Part shown: positions 48,645 to 52,431 of the stretch, one piece after another
How the letters are laid out: every line of letters starts with the position of its first letter
Numbering within the stretch: the first letter of the stretch is position 1
Source of the DNA: an uncultured Coriobacteriaceae bacterium
GTDB taxonomy: Bacteria > Actinomycetota > Coriobacteriia > Coriobacteriales > CADBOM01
Direction: 5' to 3'
DNA length: 52,431 bases
Assembly: GCA_964558235.1 (NCBI GenBank)
Contig: CAZLCK010000005.1
Location: 1-52,431, forward strand
The notes under the pieces: generated by a model
What the model was told of the DNA's origin: nothing
The model's database searches: none
What the model saw: only the letters and a program-made list of their open reading frames with translations
Made by a program: the position numbers and the translations under genes

Positions 48645-49052
48645 ATGAGTCTTAGACTAGCAAATTTTATAGCATCTTTAAATGAAGATTTTTCAGATTA
48701 TTGCTCATCACGTCTTGGGCATTGTGGAATTACTCCTGGGCAGATCTCCTTTTTGGTATATATTGGTGATCATCCAGATTGTTCTCCGACACAATTAGCC
48801 AATGCGATTAGGGCAGATAGCGGCCATACTGCTAGGCTTATTAAAAAATTCGTTTCGTGCAATTTGGCAACACGCGTTCAAGATAAAAATGACAAACGTT
48901 CTTGCACAATAAGACTCACAACACTTGGAGAGTCTAGGGTTGTAGAGATTAAAAAACTCTATGTTGAATGGGAAAATGCGATAACAGCAGTATTAGATGA
49001 AAACGAAAGAGAAACTTTGTTGTCGATATTAACAAAGATGCGTGGACTTTAG
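48645..49052 (+). CDS. MarR-family transcriptional regulator
   Basis: 135 aa. A winged-HTH region (SPTQLANAIRADSGHTARLIKKF) is followed by a DKRS wing. Confidence 0.85.
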   Translation: MSLRLANFIASLNEDFSDYCSSRLGHCGITPGQISFLVYIGDHPDCSPTQLANAIRADSGHTARLIKKFVSCNLATRVQDKNDKRSCTIRLTTLGESRVVEIKKLYVEWENAITAVLDENERETLLSILTKMRGL

Positions 49053-49179
49053 GTCGAAAAAATTGCCCTCTCTTTTTAAAGCTTGCACCTCTGAATGCTT
49101 CTTTGTACAAACCTATGTGCGTAAAACATATGCGTAGAAACAATTGTTATCGTTGTGTATTCTCCGGAAATGCTAGTTT

Positions 49180-50334
49180 TTAAGGAACTAAACGAGTTGC
49201 ATTTTCTGGATTTAAAGTCATGCTCTGAAAACGATTTTCCATATATTCATTATCAAAATATTCTGCATAAAACAACTCTATTTTACTAACAGGTTCATAT
49301 CCTGCTTCTCGTTTGTACCAGCAATCAATGGCTTGAAATGTCATTATGCCATCTACAATCATTAAAATCATGCAGATTGTAGTTACAGAATATCTCCAAC
49401 TAATTGGAATCTTTTTTATAATCCATAAAAGCATCGGGAAGAAAAGCTTTACCCAGACAATGCCAAGAATTCCCCATGCAGTCATGAAGAATCCATTTGT
49501 TCTTCCATCGATCGATAAGAATGTTCCAGTGTAGTCCCAAGCGACAATTCCAAATGAAAACTCTAAAAACCAACTGGTTAAATATTCAAACCCACCGCCA
49601 ATTGCTGCACTAATCAAAAATATGATAAGTATGTTTTTACCTTTCATCCTGTTTAGGGCTACAGTCATTAATACTCCACCAAACCCATATATTGGAGAGA
49701 AAGGCCCAAATAATAGTCCCGCTCTGTCTTGATAGCCTCCAAATACTACAGCGTGATAGATGGTTTCTAAAATGAGACCTAGTATTGAGCAGAATGTAAA
49801 GATCCAAAATAGGTAGAAAACATTTAAATGGGCAAATCTGTTAGGAGCAAGATCTGCCTCTTGCTCAACCATACGTTCATTTCTAAGTCTGCGTTTCTCT
49901 AGACGATTTTCTTTTTTGATCTTTCGTTCTGCATTTACTGCAGAAATAACTTCTGGATCTAGTATTAGGCTAACAATCATTACGACAATAACTAATACGA
50001 AGATCTCTATTAAATACCAGCCAATACCAAATAGCGCGATGCTTAAGGGTATGGAAACTATAGAAACAATGCCTACTGTGAAGTTAAGAAGTGCAGATTG
50101 CTTTCGTTCCCCTTGAAAAAAACAGACACATTCTGCTATGAGTAACGCTCCAATACCAAATTCAATAGATAACAAAATGATAAATATAACTACTGGAATT
50201 AAATCAATATCACCAGAGATATAGACAATGACTGAATAAAGCTGTGAGATCGAAGAGGCAATTGTTAAGATTGCAAATATGCTAGATACAACACCTAGAA
50301 TGACATCTACTGCTTTTAATTGCCTAATGCGCAT
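49180..50334 (-). CDS. Polytopic membrane protein whose C-terminal half resembles the putative ABC-transporter type IV (CmpB/DUF1113) family
   Basis: 384 aa from the ATG at 50334, which has a GAGG 5 nt upstream. The ORF-track TTG at 50349 is also possible. The C half contains E...H.....G..DR.GLLFGPFSPIYGFGG. Confidence 0.7.
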   Translation of the reverse strand: MRIRQLKAVDVILGVVSSIFAILTIASSISQLYSVIVYISGDIDLIPVVIFIILLSIEFGIGALLIAECVCFFQGERKQSALLNFTVGIVSIVSIPLSIALFGIGWYLIEIFVLVIVVMIVSLILDPEVISAVNAERKIKKENRLEKRRLRNERMVEQEADLAPNRFAHLNVFYLFWIFTFCSILGLILETIYHAVVFGGYQDRAGLLFGPFSPIYGFGGVLMTVALNRMKGKNILIIFLISAAIGGGFEYLTSWFLEFSFGIVAWDYTGTFLSIDGRTNGFFMTAWGILGIVWVKLFFPMLLWIIKKIPISWRYSVTTICMILMIVDGIMTFQAIDCWYKREAGYEPVSKIELFYAEYFDNEYMENRFQSMTLNPENATRLVP

Positions 50335-50540
50335 TAAAACCTCAATCAACGGTCATATTTTTGAACGAATACTCAATTATATGTGATTTGAACCATTTTC
50401 TCCATTGTCTCACTATAAAAAATTTTTTGGTTTTTCGTATGTTCATCTCAATTTAAAACACTTATTCATTTTGGATAAAAAAGCCAACTATTATCTTTCT
50501 AAGGGAAGAGGTTTTTATAGCTAGAGAGAGGGGAATTCTT

Positions 50541-52431
50541 ATGGATTTTAAAGATATTAATCCGGATCTCTACCGCAAAGAATTCCATTGGAAAGAGGGT
50601 GACTTTGACGTTTATCGCACTTGTCACTGGTCAGCTCCAGGATGTCATGACAGTTGCAGCTTTTTAGCATATGTCAAGGACGGCAAGTTAGATCACGTCG
50701 AAGGTGATCCAAATCAGCCCTACAATCAGGGACGTCTTTGCATGCGTTGTCTCAATCTTGTGGAGACACTTTATGCAGAAGACAGGCTCAAGTACCCACT
50801 CAAGCGTGTAGGTGAGCGCGGCGAGAATAAGTGGGAAAGAATCACTTGGGACGAGGCCTATGACATTATTGAAGAAAATGTCAGGCGTATCCAGGATAAA
50901 TGGGGGCCAGAATCAATATGCGGAATGATCGGTACAGGCCGTAATGTTTGTTGGCAAAACCCACTTATCTGCTATGCAGGCTTTGGAACACCAAATATGT
51001 CATTTGGATTCCTTTCTGGAGACTCCTGCATGGTTCCAAGAACATCTTTGGCATTTTGTGTCTATGGTGATCTTCCAATTTTGGATGCTGCTCAGTTTAA
51101 TGAGGAGCGATATGATCATCCAGATTACAAGTTCCCAGAAGTTATTATGGTCTGGGGAAATAATCCACTAAAGTCCAATGGTGACGGCTTTTTAGGACAC
51201 TGGATTGTAGATTGCATGTCTATGGGTGGAACTGAACTCATCGTCATCGATCCACAAGTTACATGGCTAGCTTCTAGGGCAAAGATCTTTATCCAGCCAC
51301 GTCCTGGAACAGATGCAGCAATTGCCATGGCAATGATGAATGTCATCATTCAAGAAGATCTATATGATCACGATTTTGTTGAGAAATGGTGCTATGGCTT
51401 TGAGCAACTTGCTGAACGTGTTAAGGATTGGACATGCGAGCGTGCTGCAGAGATCGCTTGGCTAGATGACCCCGAGATCATTGCCCGTGCAGCAAGGATG
51501 TATGCTGCTGCTAATCCAGGCGCTTTGCAGTGGGGTCTAACAACTGACATGCGTGTAAATGGAATCAGAGAAGCTCATGCTCTTTGCAATATCAACGCGC
51601 TTTGCGGAAATATCGAACAGCCCGGTGGAAATCTCTTAGCTAAAGAGCCATGGCATATGAATCTTGCATATCTATGCGGCTACTTTGAAAATCTTGATAT
51701 GGAGACGCGTGCTAAGAGAATAGGTGATGATATGTCGCCTATGCATCAATTTGGCTACAGTTCTACTGCACAATCTGACTGCGTACTCCAAGCAATTGAG
51801 ACTGGAGAGCCATATCCAATTAAAATGCTATGGTTCCAGGGTAATAACACTATTGCCAACATGGGCGCAGAGGCTCCAAGAATCTACGAGGCGATTAGAT
51901 CCACTGAGTTTAATGTTGTGGTTGACTACATCATGACTCCAACTGCGATCGCTTGTGCAGACGTTGTTTTACCTGTTGCAATGTCTCCGGAAAGAAATGC
52001 TTTGCGTACATGGTGGACTCCATTACGCGCACAATCTAAGGTTTGCGATTTCTATGAGGCTAAGACAGATGAACAGATCATTCTTGAGCTTGGTAAGAGG
52101 TTAAATCCAGATGCATGGCCATATGAGACAGATATAGATCTTTTGAATGCAAGGCTCACCGAGGGTGGTGTTCCATTTGACTTTGATGAGCTGCAGGAGA
52201 AGGTTTATGTATGGCCACCACAGGGCTATAGGCGCTATGAGACCGGTGAGTTACGTCCGGATGGCAACATAGGATTTAATACTCCAACAGGACGTATTGA
52301 GCTTTATTGCACTACTCTAGAGGCATTTGGCAACGATCCAATGCCAGATTATGAGGAGCCACCAGAGAGCCCAATTTCTTCTCCTGAGTTATTCAAAGAG
52401 TATCCATTAGTTTTGACTACTGGACATCGTT
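50541..52431 (+). CDS. Molybdopterin (bis-MGD) oxidoreductase catalytic subunit, DMSO-reductase superfamily; 5' partial, with no signal peptide
   Basis: I translated this by hand. The frame stays open for 630 codons from the ATG at 50541 to the window end, and the ATG follows GAGAGAGGGG. It is absent from the ORF track because it has no stop. The N-terminus has C28-x6-C35-x3-C39-x27-C67 and lacks an RR motif. Confidence 0.85.
   Translation, partial: MDFKDINPDLYRKEFHWKEGDFDVYRTCHWSAPGCHDSCSFLAYVKDGKLDHVEGDPNQPYNQGRLCMRCLNLVETLYAEDRLKYPLKRVGERGENKWERITWDEAYDIIEENVRRIQDKWGPESICGMIGTGRNVCWQNPLICYAGFGTPNMSFGFLSGDSCMVPRTSLAFCVYGDLPILDAAQFNEERYDHPDYKFPEVIMVWGNNPLKSNGDGFLGHWIVDCMSMGGTELIVIDPQVTWLASRAKIFIQPRPGTDAAIAMAMMNVIIQEDLYDHDFVEKWCYGFEQLAERVKDWTCERAAEIAWLDDPEIIARAARMYAAANPGALQWGLTTDMRVNGIREAHALCNINALCGNIEQPGGNLLAKEPWHMNLAYLCGYFENLDMETRAKRIGDDMSPMHQFGYSSTAQSDCVLQAIETGEPYPIKMLWFQGNNTIANMGAEAPRIYEAIRSTEFNVVVDYIMTPTAIACADVVLPVAMSPERNALRTWWTPLRAQSKVCDFYEAKTDEQIILELGKRLNPDAWPYETDIDLLNARLTEGGVPFDFDELQEKVYVWPPQGYRRYETGELRPDGNIGFNTPTGRIELYCTTLEAFGNDPMPDYEEPPESPISSPELFKEYPLVLTTGHR

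Noticed and set aside
50350-50540. A possible Moco riboswitch upstream of the molybdoenzyme gene.
   Set aside because: The 190-nt region is AT-rich. It lacks the GC-rich paired elements and conserved segments I associate with the Moco RNA motif.
1-52431. I looked for CRISPR arrays, tRNA/rRNA/tmRNA/SRP RNA genes, transposases, integrases, toxin-antitoxin pairs, restriction-modification genes and other defence genes.
   Set aside because: The intergenic regions hold no repeat-spacer periodicity and no tRNA-like T-arm sequences. No ORF has the hallmark motifs of these classes. The window is essentially syntenic core genome.

Overview
This is a core-genome window from a low-GC Gram-positive bacterium. 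The GC content is judged by eye, and the lineage cannot be fixed without a database search. The r-protein sequences, RNase Y, the HisZ/short-HisG pair and a DapL-type aminotransferase suggest Coriobacteriia/Atopobiaceae-like Actinobacteria or a related group. All but two genes are on the + strand. Gene order: 3' tail of a membrane or cell-wall-anchored protein with a strong terminator; str operon rpsL-rpsG-fusA with no tuf; S10/spc cluster rpsJ through rplO-secY-adk; terminator; map joined directly to leuC-leuD-leuB-ilvE; cimA; a yerC-like gene; dnaE; his operon hisZ-G-D-C-B-H-A, a hisF/hisI fusion and hisE; two acidic membrane proteins; rny, a MutL-like GHKL ATPase, spoVS, a PHP (TrpH-type) protein, miaB and miaA; dapF-dapL; hflX; an internally duplicated dUTPase; degV; a PaaI-type thioesterase; a divergent hsp20/marR pair; a polytopic membrane protein; and the 5' 630 codons of a signal-less molybdopterin oxidoreductase. 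That last ORF runs off the window end and is missing from the supplied ORF track. I found no rRNA, tRNA, CRISPR array, transposase, integrase, prophage gene or recognisable defence island, so I cannot point to a clear multi-gene novel system. The observations most worth follow-up are: (1) the tandem dUTPase, whose two halves have lost complementary catalytic motifs as in herpesvirus monomeric dUTPases; (2) the MutL/MORC-like GHKL ATPase with a possible HTH, sitting between rny and spoVS where Bacillus has ymdB; (3) a strong intrinsic terminator plus structured leader inside the S10 operon upstream of rplB, and a second structured spacer upstream of rplC; (4) the HisF-HisI fusion; (5) a MarR regulator sharing a palindrome-embedded promoter region with hsp20; (6) the cytoplasmic molybdoenzyme. 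All family calls come from reading the translated ORFs; no searches were run.
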